NCBI GenBank assembly: GCA_028870995.1
Contig: JAGWOI010000001.1
Coordinates: 26,273-90,272, forward strand
Source: Candidatus Omnitrophota bacterium
GTDB taxonomy: Bacteria; Omnitrophota; Gorgyraeia; Zapsychrales; Fredricksoniimonadaceae
DNA length: 64,000 nt
Direction of reading: 5' to 3'
Shown: positions 8,838-17,179 of the stretch, piece after piece
Position numbering within the stretch: position 1 is the stretch's first letter
Layout of the letters: each line of letters begins with the position of its first letter
The notes under the pieces: generated by a model
Database searches by the model: none
Told to the model about the DNA's origin: nothing
Seen by the model: the letters and a program-made list of their open reading frames with translations, nothing else
Program-made: the position numbers and the translations under genes

Positions 8838-9493
8838 TGTCACAAGTACGTGTCTTTTTATGCGATGACCACACCTTGTTCCGTCAAGGTGTCAAGAAGC
8901 TGCTGGATTTGGAAAAGGACATTAAGGTGGTGGGAGAAGCCGGCGATGCCTATCAAATGTTTGAGGCATTAAGGTCACTTGCCGTGGATATTGTACTTTT
9001 GGATATCAATATGCCCAAAATGGACGGGGTGAAGGCCACCTTCAGGATAAGGAAGGAACACCCGCATGTGGCGGTGGTCATTTTGACGGTCCATGAGGAT
9101 GAGCCTTATATTTTTCAGGCGATCAAGGCAGGTGCCATGGGGTATCTCCTTAAGGATGTGTCCATCAAGGAGTTGGCCGAAGCCGTGCGCAAGGTGTCTG
9201 AAGGGGAAGCCCTCCTTCAGCCGATCATTGCTTCAAAGGTTCTAAAAGAATTCGTGATGCTGGATAAAAGGAAGGCCAGGGAAGGCCAAAAGTCTGGCAG
9301 TAATTTAACGGCACGGGAAGAGGAAATCCTGAGGTTTATTGCCATGGGCGATTCAAACAAGGAGATTGCGCAAAAAATCGGGATTACCGAGAAGACCGTC
9401 AAAAACCATGTCAGCAATATCCTTACCTGTCTTCACGTGAACAACCGCACCCAGGCCGCCCTTTATGCTTTGGGTAAAACTCCGGCAACCTGA
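8837..9493 (+). CDS. NarL/FixJ-family response regulator (receiver + LuxR HTH)
   Basis: VFLCDDHTLFRQG...LLDINMP receiver. LuxR HTH LTAREEEILRFIAMGDSNKEIAQKIGITEKTVKNH. Confidence 0.85.
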   Translation: MSQVRVFLCDDHTLFRQGVKKLLDLEKDIKVVGEAGDAYQMFEALRSLAVDIVLLDINMPKMDGVKATFRIRKEHPHVAVVILTVHEDEPYIFQAIKAGAMGYLLKDVSIKELAEAVRKVSEGEALLQPIIASKVLKEFVMLDKRKAREGQKSGSNLTAREEEILRFIAMGDSNKEIAQKIGITEKTVKNHVSNILTCLHVNNRTQAALYALGKTPAT

Positions 9494-9505
9494 GCAAGCA
9501 AAAAC

Positions 9506-9525
9506 TATAGGACTAAAGTCCTATA
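9506..9525 (+). terminator. Inverted repeat tataggac-taaa-gtcctata followed by an A/T-rich tract. Possible terminator of the preceding response-regulator gene or a regulatory hairpin in the hemA leader.
   Basis: Perfect 8-bp arms seen directly in the sequence. The stem is AT-rich, so terminator function is uncertain. Confidence 0.3.
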
Positions 9526-9764
9526 AAAATATAGGTCTTTTTATTTTGAGGCTCTAGGACTTTCAGGACTTCAATTAAAAACGAATTTATAGATAATTTG
9601 TTCAACCCTTTCAGAAACATTAGATTTTAGCCGGTTTATGCGTGTTACTACGTAAACTTGGGGGGGATTCCACTCATTTGTTTCCTACTTGAGAGGACGT
9701 AGACTTAAGACGAGGTACATTTCAAGAAAAATTTTGGGGAAGGCCGATTTTAGGAAGGGACATT

Positions 9765-10811
9765 ATGAACATCCTGGCGGTTGGAATCAATCATAAGACC
9801 TCGTCTATAGATATTAGGGAAAGGTTCTTTTTACAGCCTCTTGAGCGGGAATTGCTTGTAAACGAGCTGCTAAAGGACCCGCGCATCATTGAGGCTTTTG
9901 TCCTGTCAACCTGCAACCGGACGGAAATTTATGCCAATGCGATCGAGGACCAGCCGCAGCTGCTGATGAAGGCGTTGTTTAAAATCAAGAAGGTTCCCTT
10001 AAGTGCCGATCTGGCCGGTCATTTTTATACCCTGTCATCCCGCCAGGCCATTGACCACCTGTTGCGGGTGACCACGGGGTTGGATTCTCTGGTGGTGGGT
10101 GAAAAACAGATTTTAGGCCAGGTTAAGGAGGCTTTTGAATTCTCCAGAAGCAAAGGCGCATTGAGCAAAACTTTTAATGTTCTTTCCAATCTGGTGGTGC
10201 AGACCGGCAAAAAAGCCCGACATGAGACGCAGATCGATTTTGGCGGTTCATCGGTCAGCTGGGCGTCGGTCATGATGGCGCAGGATATTCTGGGTTCATT
10301 GCAGGACAAAGCTGTCTTGATTTTGGGCTCAGGCAAAATGGGCCGCTTGGCTGTGGAGCAGCTGGCTAAAAAGGGTGTGGCCAAGATCTATATCATGAAT
10401 AGGACGATCGAAAAAGCCCAGGAATTGGCCCGCGAAAGCGGCGGGATAGCCGTGGGCATTTGGGACATCAAGGAAATCCTGCAGCAGGTCGATGCCTGCA
10501 TCTGCTCGGCCAGCTGCACGCACCATTTAATAGAGAAGGACCTGGTGGAAGCCGCCATGGCCGCCCGGCCGTCCCGTCCCTTGGTATGCATCGATATCTC
10601 CATGCCCCGCAATATTGCGCCTGAGGTGGCGGAAGTGGGGAATGTACGCCTGGCGACGGTGGATGACTTGGACAGGATCGTGGAGAGCAATATGCAAAAG
10701 CGGATGTCGGCCGTCGCCCTGGTGGAAGGTCTGATCGACCGGAAGATCGATGAATTCTACAAAACTATGGAGAAGATTACCCTAATCAAGGAGGAATTAT
10801 GGAAAGCTTAA
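9765..10811 (+). CDS. hemA: Glutamyl-tRNA reductase
   Basis: MNILAVGINHKTSSIDIRERF...STCNRTEIY, with the conserved catalytic Cys in TCNR, and an NADP-binding GSGKMG Rossmann motif. Confidence 0.9.
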   Translation: MNILAVGINHKTSSIDIRERFFLQPLERELLVNELLKDPRIIEAFVLSTCNRTEIYANAIEDQPQLLMKALFKIKKVPLSADLAGHFYTLSSRQAIDHLLRVTTGLDSLVVGEKQILGQVKEAFEFSRSKGALSKTFNVLSNLVVQTGKKARHETQIDFGGSSVSWASVMMAQDILGSLQDKAVLILGSGKMGRLAVEQLAKKGVAKIYIMNRTIEKAQELARESGGIAVGIWDIKEILQQVDACICSASCTHHLIEKDLVEAAMAARPSRPLVCIDISMPRNIAPEVAEVGNVRLATVDDLDRIVESNMQKRMSAVALVEGLIDRKIDEFYKTMEKITLIKEELWKA

Positions 10812-11077
10812 AAACACTGGTGGTCACGTTGTTCGGATTGGGCCTTGTCTTTTGGGCTGCCTCGAGCCAGGCGGATATTGCTCAGATGAAAGCCTATAAG
10901 GAAGTTTATCCCGATGCCAAGCCCAAATGCATCGATTGTCATGTGGACAAGATGCCCAAGAAGGCGGACGGGGCCCATGATCCTAATGATTACGGCAAGG
11001 CCGTCATCAAAGCGGCCGGTGCGGAAAAGCCGACAGCCGATACCTATAAAAAGGTAGGACCTATTCCTACAAAGTAA
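10799..11077 (+). CDS. Small secreted monohaem c-type cytochrome
   Basis: 92 aa with a signal peptide and a single CIDCH haem-binding motif. Overlaps the hemA stop by 13 nt. Confidence 0.65.
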   Translation: MESLKTLVVTLFGLGLVFWAASSQADIAQMKAYKEVYPDAKPKCIDCHVDKMPKKADGAHDPNDYGKAVIKAAGAEKPTADTYKKVGPIPTK

Positions 11078-11124
11078 AGAAGATTGAGTATAACACCGGG
11101 CCTAAGCCTACAGAAAGGCATTCT

Positions 11125-11892
11125 ATGATCGGACAGAAAAAGTCACTGGTTGTATTCTTGGCGGCACTTGGGTTGTTTTGGGTAACAGGACTATCTTTAT
11201 CCCAAGCGGACCAGAACAAGGTCAATGAGATGTTGTATTTAAAGAAAGCCAAGTATGTAGGTATGGACACCTGCGCAATGTGCCATGAGAAGGAGGTAAA
11301 GGAATACAAGCTCTCAACGCACGCGCGTATCCATATCAAGAACGATACCACCGGTGCCGAGGATTGCGAGGTCTGTCACGGCCCGGGCAGCGTCCATGTG
11401 GATGCTTCCGGCGGTAAAGGTAATATCATCAATCCTTCCAAGGATCCGGAAATATGTTTTAACTGCCATACAGATAAAAAGATGCAATTCCGCCTGCCTT
11501 ATCATCATCCAGTTCTGGAAGGCAAGATGAGCTGCACGGATTGCCACAATCCCCACGGGATCGATGTCCGTCCCTGGACCGCCACTTCTGAGAACGGTAT
11601 CAATGAGGTGTGTTTCAAGTGCCATACGGACAAACGCGGTCCTTATATCTGGCAGCATGATGCTTTGAAAGACGGCTGTACGTCATGCCATCAGGTGCAT
11701 GGTTCGGTTAATGACAAAATGCTGATCGCGAGAGACTATAACCTGTGTTTGCGCTGCCATGCCATGAATAATTTCCCCTATGGCCATGGCCAGAACGGCC
11801 AATACCATGATTTTGTTTATGGGACTTGCTGGAGCGCAGGATGCCATTCAGAACCTCACGGGTCTAATTTTGATCATTATTTTCGTTATTAA
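11125..11892 (+). CDS. Periplasmic multihaem c-type cytochrome with 7 CxxCH motifs plus one CX4CH
   Basis: Signal peptide. Motifs CAMCH, CEVCH, CFNCH, CTDCH, CFKCH, CTSCH, CLRCH and CWSAGCH within 255 aa. The size and haem density resemble periplasmic partners of porin-cytochrome conduits. Confidence 0.8.
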   Translation: MIGQKKSLVVFLAALGLFWVTGLSLSQADQNKVNEMLYLKKAKYVGMDTCAMCHEKEVKEYKLSTHARIHIKNDTTGAEDCEVCHGPGSVHVDASGGKGNIINPSKDPEICFNCHTDKKMQFRLPYHHPVLEGKMSCTDCHNPHGIDVRPWTATSENGINEVCFKCHTDKRGPYIWQHDALKDGCTSCHQVHGSVNDKMLIARDYNLCLRCHAMNNFPYGHGQNGQYHDFVYGTCWSAGCHSEPHGSNFDHYFRY

Positions 11893-11907
11893 CAGAGAGG
11901 ATAAAAC

Positions 11908-14070
11908 ATGAAAATTCTTCGGATTTTACTCTCAATCATGGTGGCATCGTACATGACACAAGTAGGCTATCTGGCATTGGCCCAGGATGTGGGCACTTCG
12001 CCTTTCAGCGTCACTTTCGAGCCGCTGCAGTACGCTTATGTCAAAGGCAATGTGGGAAAATTCCAGGCGCTTAATTGGATGAAGGCCGGTGAGAACCCGG
12101 GAGCCAGTGATATAAGTTTTGTTAAGCAGATCAACAAGGACATTTCCGTGGAAGCCGAGGGGAGCGTGTTTCCCAAAACCGATGACGGTACTGGACATCT
12201 GGTCCTGCAGGACGGGGATCTGGCCTTTTTGCAGGTGGATTATAAGGCCTTTAGAAAATGGTATGACGGTACAGGCGGATTTTATCCAAATAATGTCTAT
12301 ACTCTCAGCACCTATGTTGCGCCGCCGGGTGTTTCCACCTTTACAAATTATGGCACCATCACCGTAAATCAGGGCGCCCAACCTAACAGCCCTGCGCTGC
12401 AGATGGACATCAGTTATTTCAAATTGGAAGCGGGTTTAGGGCCGATCAGCGACCCTTATTTGGACATCGCCTATGAACACAATACCAAGAACGGCGATAA
12501 GTCGCTTCTGGAGTGGACTCCTGTCTATGTACCAGGTCAAACCGCATCAGGTGCCGAGAGGAAAATTGGTCCGGCATGGGGATCATTCAACGATTATGTT
12601 GATACCATCACCTTAAAGGAAAAGAAGGAGATCGCCGGTGTCACTCTCAAAGGAGAGCAAAAGGCAGAAATTGATTACAATAACGATATCAAGTACATGC
12701 AGTATCTGAATGATACCGTTTCCGGACAGCCGAATCAACTGAACACCTTTAATGAATCTCCGGATGCCAAGCTTTTCGGCGCAGGGGTCAGGGCGGAAAA
12801 ATGGATGCTTAATGACAATACCTATGCTGCGTTGGGGTATCATTACAACCATATCCATGACACCGACCTGATGCAGCAGGCTGAGTTTACCTCCACCGAT
12901 GGCGTTGTTTATACTGCCTATGCGGGCGGCACCTCGGGATGGAATTATTCGAAGGCGTCGGAAGATGACCATGTCTGGGTGGGCAACCTTAATTCCAATC
13001 TGACGAAGAATTTGTCCCTGCTTACCGATGTCAGGTATGAACATCAGGGCACGGAGGGAGATTCTACCTATTATGCGACCGGTAGTTCGGGGGTATATGA
13101 CTCCAATATGGCCAACCATGAAGATCAAACAGGGGAGCATATTGGGTTACGTTATTTTGGCATCCCGCATACCAGTCTATATATGGATGGTGAATGGCAA
13201 CAGGACAGAAACTGGGTCGATGAGTCGTATATCGCTCTTTCAGGGTCGACAAGGAATACTTTCTCCAACCTGGAGAGGCTCAATAGGACCCAGAAAGAAT
13301 CATGGACCGTGGGAGGTAGGATTTATCCCAACAGGTTCTTTATTTTTTCAACCCAGGTCAGGGCCCATAATCAATACAGCGGTTATGATACGATTTCGAA
13401 TCCTGACGCAAGCGGTGTTGTTTTAATGAGTTCCCTTAGGGAAAAAGGCGTGGATGAGACCTCCACCCTTACCTGGAAACCGTTTCGATGGATTCAAAAT
13501 TCCTTAAAATATCAGTTTTCTGATACGGTTTATAACCCCCGGTTGGATCCGTCAGCCGGCGGAAGCAGCGACCCCCTGCCTGCATCGGGAAATTACAATA
13601 TCAGTGAAAACCATATGCTGACTTCAGCATTCACGTACGATATCACCGTGCAGCCCATTGATCCTTTGCTGCTGATGTTGTCCTATTCCCACGTGGAGAA
13701 TTATGTCAGAACGATAGGCGCCGCTGACACAGGGACGATTGCGGAGGGTGGCCCTACCTATATCCCTGTTTTCAATTCAGGGGACAACAGCTGGCTTTTT
13801 TCGACCACGTATTGTCCGTCAGATAATTGGGACTGGACCAACACGGTCAGCTATACGATTTCGAATAATTACGTCGATTCCGGCGACGGCGTTCCTTATG
13901 GTTCTGATTTCAAGATGTTCAATTTTACATCGGGCCTGGAATACAAGTACCATCATTGGCTCAAGATCAGTCCCCAGTATGAATATGCCGCTTACAAGGA
14001 TAATCCTGTGGCAGGGGCAGGCAACTATTCGGCCAATATTTTTATCTTGAAGGCAGGATTTGACTGGTAA
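11908..14070 (+). CDS. Putative outer-membrane beta-barrel protein (porin-like, 720 aa), candidate conduit component
   Basis: Signal peptide. Composition rich in Y/G/N/T/S/D with alternating hydrophobic residues. C-terminal strand ends ...ILKAGFDW with a terminal aromatic residue. Sits between cytochrome genes. Confidence 0.55.
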   Translation: MKILRILLSIMVASYMTQVGYLALAQDVGTSPFSVTFEPLQYAYVKGNVGKFQALNWMKAGENPGASDISFVKQINKDISVEAEGSVFPKTDDGTGHLVLQDGDLAFLQVDYKAFRKWYDGTGGFYPNNVYTLSTYVAPPGVSTFTNYGTITVNQGAQPNSPALQMDISYFKLEAGLGPISDPYLDIAYEHNTKNGDKSLLEWTPVYVPGQTASGAERKIGPAWGSFNDYVDTITLKEKKEIAGVTLKGEQKAEIDYNNDIKYMQYLNDTVSGQPNQLNTFNESPDAKLFGAGVRAEKWMLNDNTYAALGYHYNHIHDTDLMQQAEFTSTDGVVYTAYAGGTSGWNYSKASEDDHVWVGNLNSNLTKNLSLLTDVRYEHQGTEGDSTYYATGSSGVYDSNMANHEDQTGEHIGLRYFGIPHTSLYMDGEWQQDRNWVDESYIALSGSTRNTFSNLERLNRTQKESWTVGGRIYPNRFFIFSTQVRAHNQYSGYDTISNPDASGVVLMSSLREKGVDETSTLTWKPFRWIQNSLKYQFSDTVYNPRLDPSAGGSSDPLPASGNYNISENHMLTSAFTYDITVQPIDPLLLMLSYSHVENYVRTIGAADTGTIAEGGPTYIPVFNSGDNSWLFSTTYCPSDNWDWTNTVSYTISNNYVDSGDGVPYGSDFKMFNFTSGLEYKYHHWLKISPQYEYAAYKDNPVAGAGNYSANIFILKAGFDW

Positions 14071-14082
14071 AGGTTATGAACA

Positions 14083-15582
14083 ATGAGCTCAAAACCAGCC
14101 AAACAACGGTTCGACGACAGTTTTTATAACAACATCACCTATATCGGTGTAGTCTTATCGTTGTTTGTGCTGGTTTGCGAGCTCTTTTTGTTCGCCATTG
14201 ATTTTGCCTCTCCGCGGCCCAGCGTTTATCTGGGGCTGATCACGTATTGTTTTCTGCCGCCGCTTTTGATCCTCGGGCTTATCTTAATCCCGACAGGCGC
14301 CCTTCTTAAGCGAAAACACATTCTTCATTCAGGAAAACCGCGGCCGATCCTGATTGATCTTTCCCTGGCGACCCATCAAAATGCCGTGGTGATTTTCATG
14401 ATCGGCACGGTGCTGCTCTTGGTCATGACTGCCATCGGTTCCTACAAGGCTTTCAATTACACGGAATCGACCGGGTTTTGCGGGTTGACCTGCCATCAGA
14501 TCATGAAACCCGAATATACGACACATAGCCATTCCCCCCATGAGCGGGTCAGGTGTGTTGAGTGCCATGTCGGATCAGGAGCGGATTGGTACCTGCGTTA
14601 TAAGATGGCCGGGACCAAGATGGTGGTCAAAACTTTCGACGGCAGGTATCATCGTCCCACCCCGGCGCCTCTCCAGAACCTGCGTCCGGCCAAGGAGATC
14701 TGTGAACAGTGTCATTGGCCGGGTAAATTGTTCAGCGCGGTATTGCTCAATAAGGTTTATTATGCCGATGATCCGACCCAGACCCCGCCATGGAAGATCA
14801 ACCTGCTGATGCGTGTCGGTGCCGGCAAGGTCGGTGGTGCGGGGGTTCACGCCCACATGTATTTTAGCAATGAGATTTTTTACGTGGCTGATGATGCTAA
14901 GCGGCAGAATATCACCTGGGTCAAGACGATCGACAAGGCTGGCAAGGTTACCATCTACACGACCAAGGATTCACCTTATAAAAAAGTCAACCCGCCACAG
15001 GACAAGGTCCGCCGGATGGATTGCATTGACTGCCATAACCGCGCCACGCACCGTTTCGAGGCGCCGGATGTACTCATGAACCGCGCCTTGGCCCAAGGCG
15101 CTATCAGCTCTTCCATTCCCATGATCAAGTCCGAAGGCGTTGAAGTACTGGGCAAGACCTATAGCTCCACTGCCGCCGCGGAAAAACAGATCCGCGAGGG
15201 CTTGATGGATTATTACAGTAAGAAGCAGCCTGGCTATTTCGCCGGCCACCAGGCCGCTGTCGAGAATGCCATTGCCGAGATCATCCGTTTGTACCGCAAG
15301 AATTTCTTTCCGGAAATGAAATCCCGCTGGGACGCCTATCCGGACAACATCGGGCACATGATTTCGTTGGGCTGTTTCCGGTGCCATGACAATGAGCACA
15401 AGTCCGCGGGCGGCCGGGTGATTTCTCGGAAATGCACCCTTTGCCATGTCATCGTGGAACAGGGCAGCGGCACCTCGACCGAGAAGAATCTGGAGGGGCT
15501 GGAATTTAAGCATCCTTTCAACGATCCCGGTGATGACTCATGGAAGACGGCCAATTGCTCAGACTGCCATACCGGAAGTTAG
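14083..15582 (+). CDS. Membrane-anchored heptahaem c-type cytochrome (NapC/NirT-related, ImcH-like architecture)
   Basis: Three N-terminal hydrophobic helices, then CGLTCH (CX3CH), CVECH, CEQCH, CIDCH, CFRCH, CTLCH and CSDCH. Confidence 0.7.
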   Translation: MSSKPAKQRFDDSFYNNITYIGVVLSLFVLVCELFLFAIDFASPRPSVYLGLITYCFLPPLLILGLILIPTGALLKRKHILHSGKPRPILIDLSLATHQNAVVIFMIGTVLLLVMTAIGSYKAFNYTESTGFCGLTCHQIMKPEYTTHSHSPHERVRCVECHVGSGADWYLRYKMAGTKMVVKTFDGRYHRPTPAPLQNLRPAKEICEQCHWPGKLFSAVLLNKVYYADDPTQTPPWKINLLMRVGAGKVGGAGVHAHMYFSNEIFYVADDAKRQNITWVKTIDKAGKVTIYTTKDSPYKKVNPPQDKVRRMDCIDCHNRATHRFEAPDVLMNRALAQGAISSSIPMIKSEGVEVLGKTYSSTAAAEKQIREGLMDYYSKKQPGYFAGHQAAVENAIAEIIRLYRKNFFPEMKSRWDAYPDNIGHMISLGCFRCHDNEHKSAGGRVISRKCTLCHVIVEQGSGTSTEKNLEGLEFKHPFNDPGDDSWKTANCSDCHTGS

Positions 15583-17177
15583 GTCCGGGGGCCTTTTTTT
15601 TATTGTTCCTGACGGCCTTCCCGGCACTGGCCCAGCAGCCGTCCACGGGATCCGTTAAGTTTACCAATCAGGACTGCCTGAGCTGTCATGCCGACGGAGC
15701 CCCCATCGTTGACCAGAAAATTTTTGGCCATTCCGTCCACGGGAAGCTTAATTGCACGGATTGCCACCGTAGCATCACCGACCTTCCACATGCGGAAAAA
15801 CTCCCGAAGGTCGATTGTGCGGTTTGCCATAAGAAGGAGGCCGTGCTTTGGCAGCACAGCGGCCATGCCCAGGCCCTTGGCAACGGTGCCCTGAAAGCTC
15901 CTTCTTGTGAATTTTGTCACGGGACGCATGGTATCACGAAGGCAACTGACAGGCAGTCCCGGTTGTATTGGGCTAATATCCCAGCCATTTGCGGCCAATG
16001 CCACTTCCAAGAGTATAAGGAATACCGTCGAGGTATTCATGGACAGGCCCTGGCCTCCGGCAGCAGGGATGCTCCCGTGTGCACCGATTGCCATGGGGAG
16101 CACGATATCGCTGCTGTTAAGGGAGGAGCTTCCTGGGTTTCCGCGGCCCGTATTCCTCAAACCTGCGGGCAATGCCACTCGGCGGAACGTATCAACAGCA
16201 AGTACAATCTGGCCTCGAACGTTTTAGGAAGCTACATGCAAAGCTATCATGGTCTTGCCATGCAGCAGGGGACCATGACCGCTGCCAACTGCGCTTCCTG
16301 CCATGGGGCGCATGAGATCCTTCCTTCGTCGGACCCGCGCTCCACCATCAATCCCAAGAATTTGGAAAAAACCTGCGGCCGGTGCCATCCCGGCATTGGC
16401 GCCCGGGTGGCCAGCGCCAAAATTCATGAAAGTTTTCAGCCGGGCAATAACCCCCTTAACGATTGGGTAAGCCGTTTTTATATCTTCTTTATCATTTTTG
16501 TCTCAGGTATCCTTTTGCTGCACAATGTCCTGGATTTCTCCAAAAAAGCCCGGGCCCATTACCGGAATTCCATGGGAAAAGGAGCCGAGTATATGGGTTT
16601 TAACGAGCGCTGCCAGCATTTTATCCTGGCCATGACCTTTATCCTTCTGGCGTACACTGGATTTTCCATCAAATTTCCCCAAACTTGGTGGTCATTCATG
16701 TTTTTTGGACACACCGATTGGCTGCGTTGGGGGCACCGCAGTGTTGCCGTCGTCTTTTGCTTGCTGGGCGCCTACCATTTTACCTATTTGTTTTTTACCC
16801 CCAAGGGCCGGTGGCAACTCAAGGCGTTGAGCGTCAGGAAGACGGACTTTGTCCAGTTTTGGCAGAGCTTTCAATATTATTTTGGCCGGCGGGAAGATAA
16901 GCCGCGCAGCAGCGGCATTTACAGTTATGTGCAAAAGCTGGAGTATTGGGCCCTGTTGTGGGGAGGCATGGTGATGGTGCTGACCGGTGCGCTCATGTTC
17001 AACGAAGTCTGGTTTTTCAGCTTATTTCCCAAATGGCTGTATGACGTGGTTAGGACGGTTCACCTGTACGAGGCCATCCTGGCCTGCGTGACCATTGTCA
17101 TCTGGCACGGTTATTTTGTTATTTTCGATCCTGAGATTTACCCCGGCAAAGGGTCATGGCTTCATGGACGGGAGTAG
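15540..17177 (+). CDS. Nonahaem c-type cytochrome fused to a dihaem b-type cytochrome membrane domain (CbcL-like quinol oxidoreductase)
   Basis: Signal peptide. Nine CxxCH motifs (CLSCH, CTDCH, CAVCH, CEFCH, CGQCH, CTDCH, CGQCH, CASCH, CGRCH). A C-terminal domain of about 240 aa with five TM helices carrying conserved His residues, of the HydC/FdnI (Ni/Fe-hydrogenase b-type cytochrome) type. Confidence 0.75.
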   Translation: MEDGQLLRLPYRKLGPGAFFLLFLTAFPALAQQPSTGSVKFTNQDCLSCHADGAPIVDQKIFGHSVHGKLNCTDCHRSITDLPHAEKLPKVDCAVCHKKEAVLWQHSGHAQALGNGALKAPSCEFCHGTHGITKATDRQSRLYWANIPAICGQCHFQEYKEYRRGIHGQALASGSRDAPVCTDCHGEHDIAAVKGGASWVSAARIPQTCGQCHSAERINSKYNLASNVLGSYMQSYHGLAMQQGTMTAANCASCHGAHEILPSSDPRSTINPKNLEKTCGRCHPGIGARVASAKIHESFQPGNNPLNDWVSRFYIFFIIFVSGILLLHNVLDFSKKARAHYRNSMGKGAEYMGFNERCQHFILAMTFILLAYTGFSIKFPQTWWSFMFFGHTDWLRWGHRSVAVVFCLLGAYHFTYLFFTPKGRWQLKALSVRKTDFVQFWQSFQYYFGRREDKPRSSGIYSYVQKLEYWALLWGGMVMVLTGALMFNEVWFFSLFPKWLYDVVRTVHLYEAILACVTIVIWHGYFVIFDPEIYPGKGSWLHGRE

Positions 17178-17179
17178 GT

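Noticed and set aside
11908-14070. Naming the 720-aa barrel protein as an MtrB or OmbB orthologue
   Set aside because: The evidence is only composition, signal peptide, C-terminal aromatic strand and gene context. No family-specific motif could be verified by eye, so it is reported only as a putative beta-barrel conduit component.
15583-15605. G/C-rich stretch followed by a T-run (ggtccgggggcctttttttt) resembling an intrinsic terminator after the ImcH-like gene
   Set aside because: The segment is not self-complementary, so it forms no stem. It encodes the LGPGAFFL part of the signal peptide of the overlapping downstream cytochrome gene.
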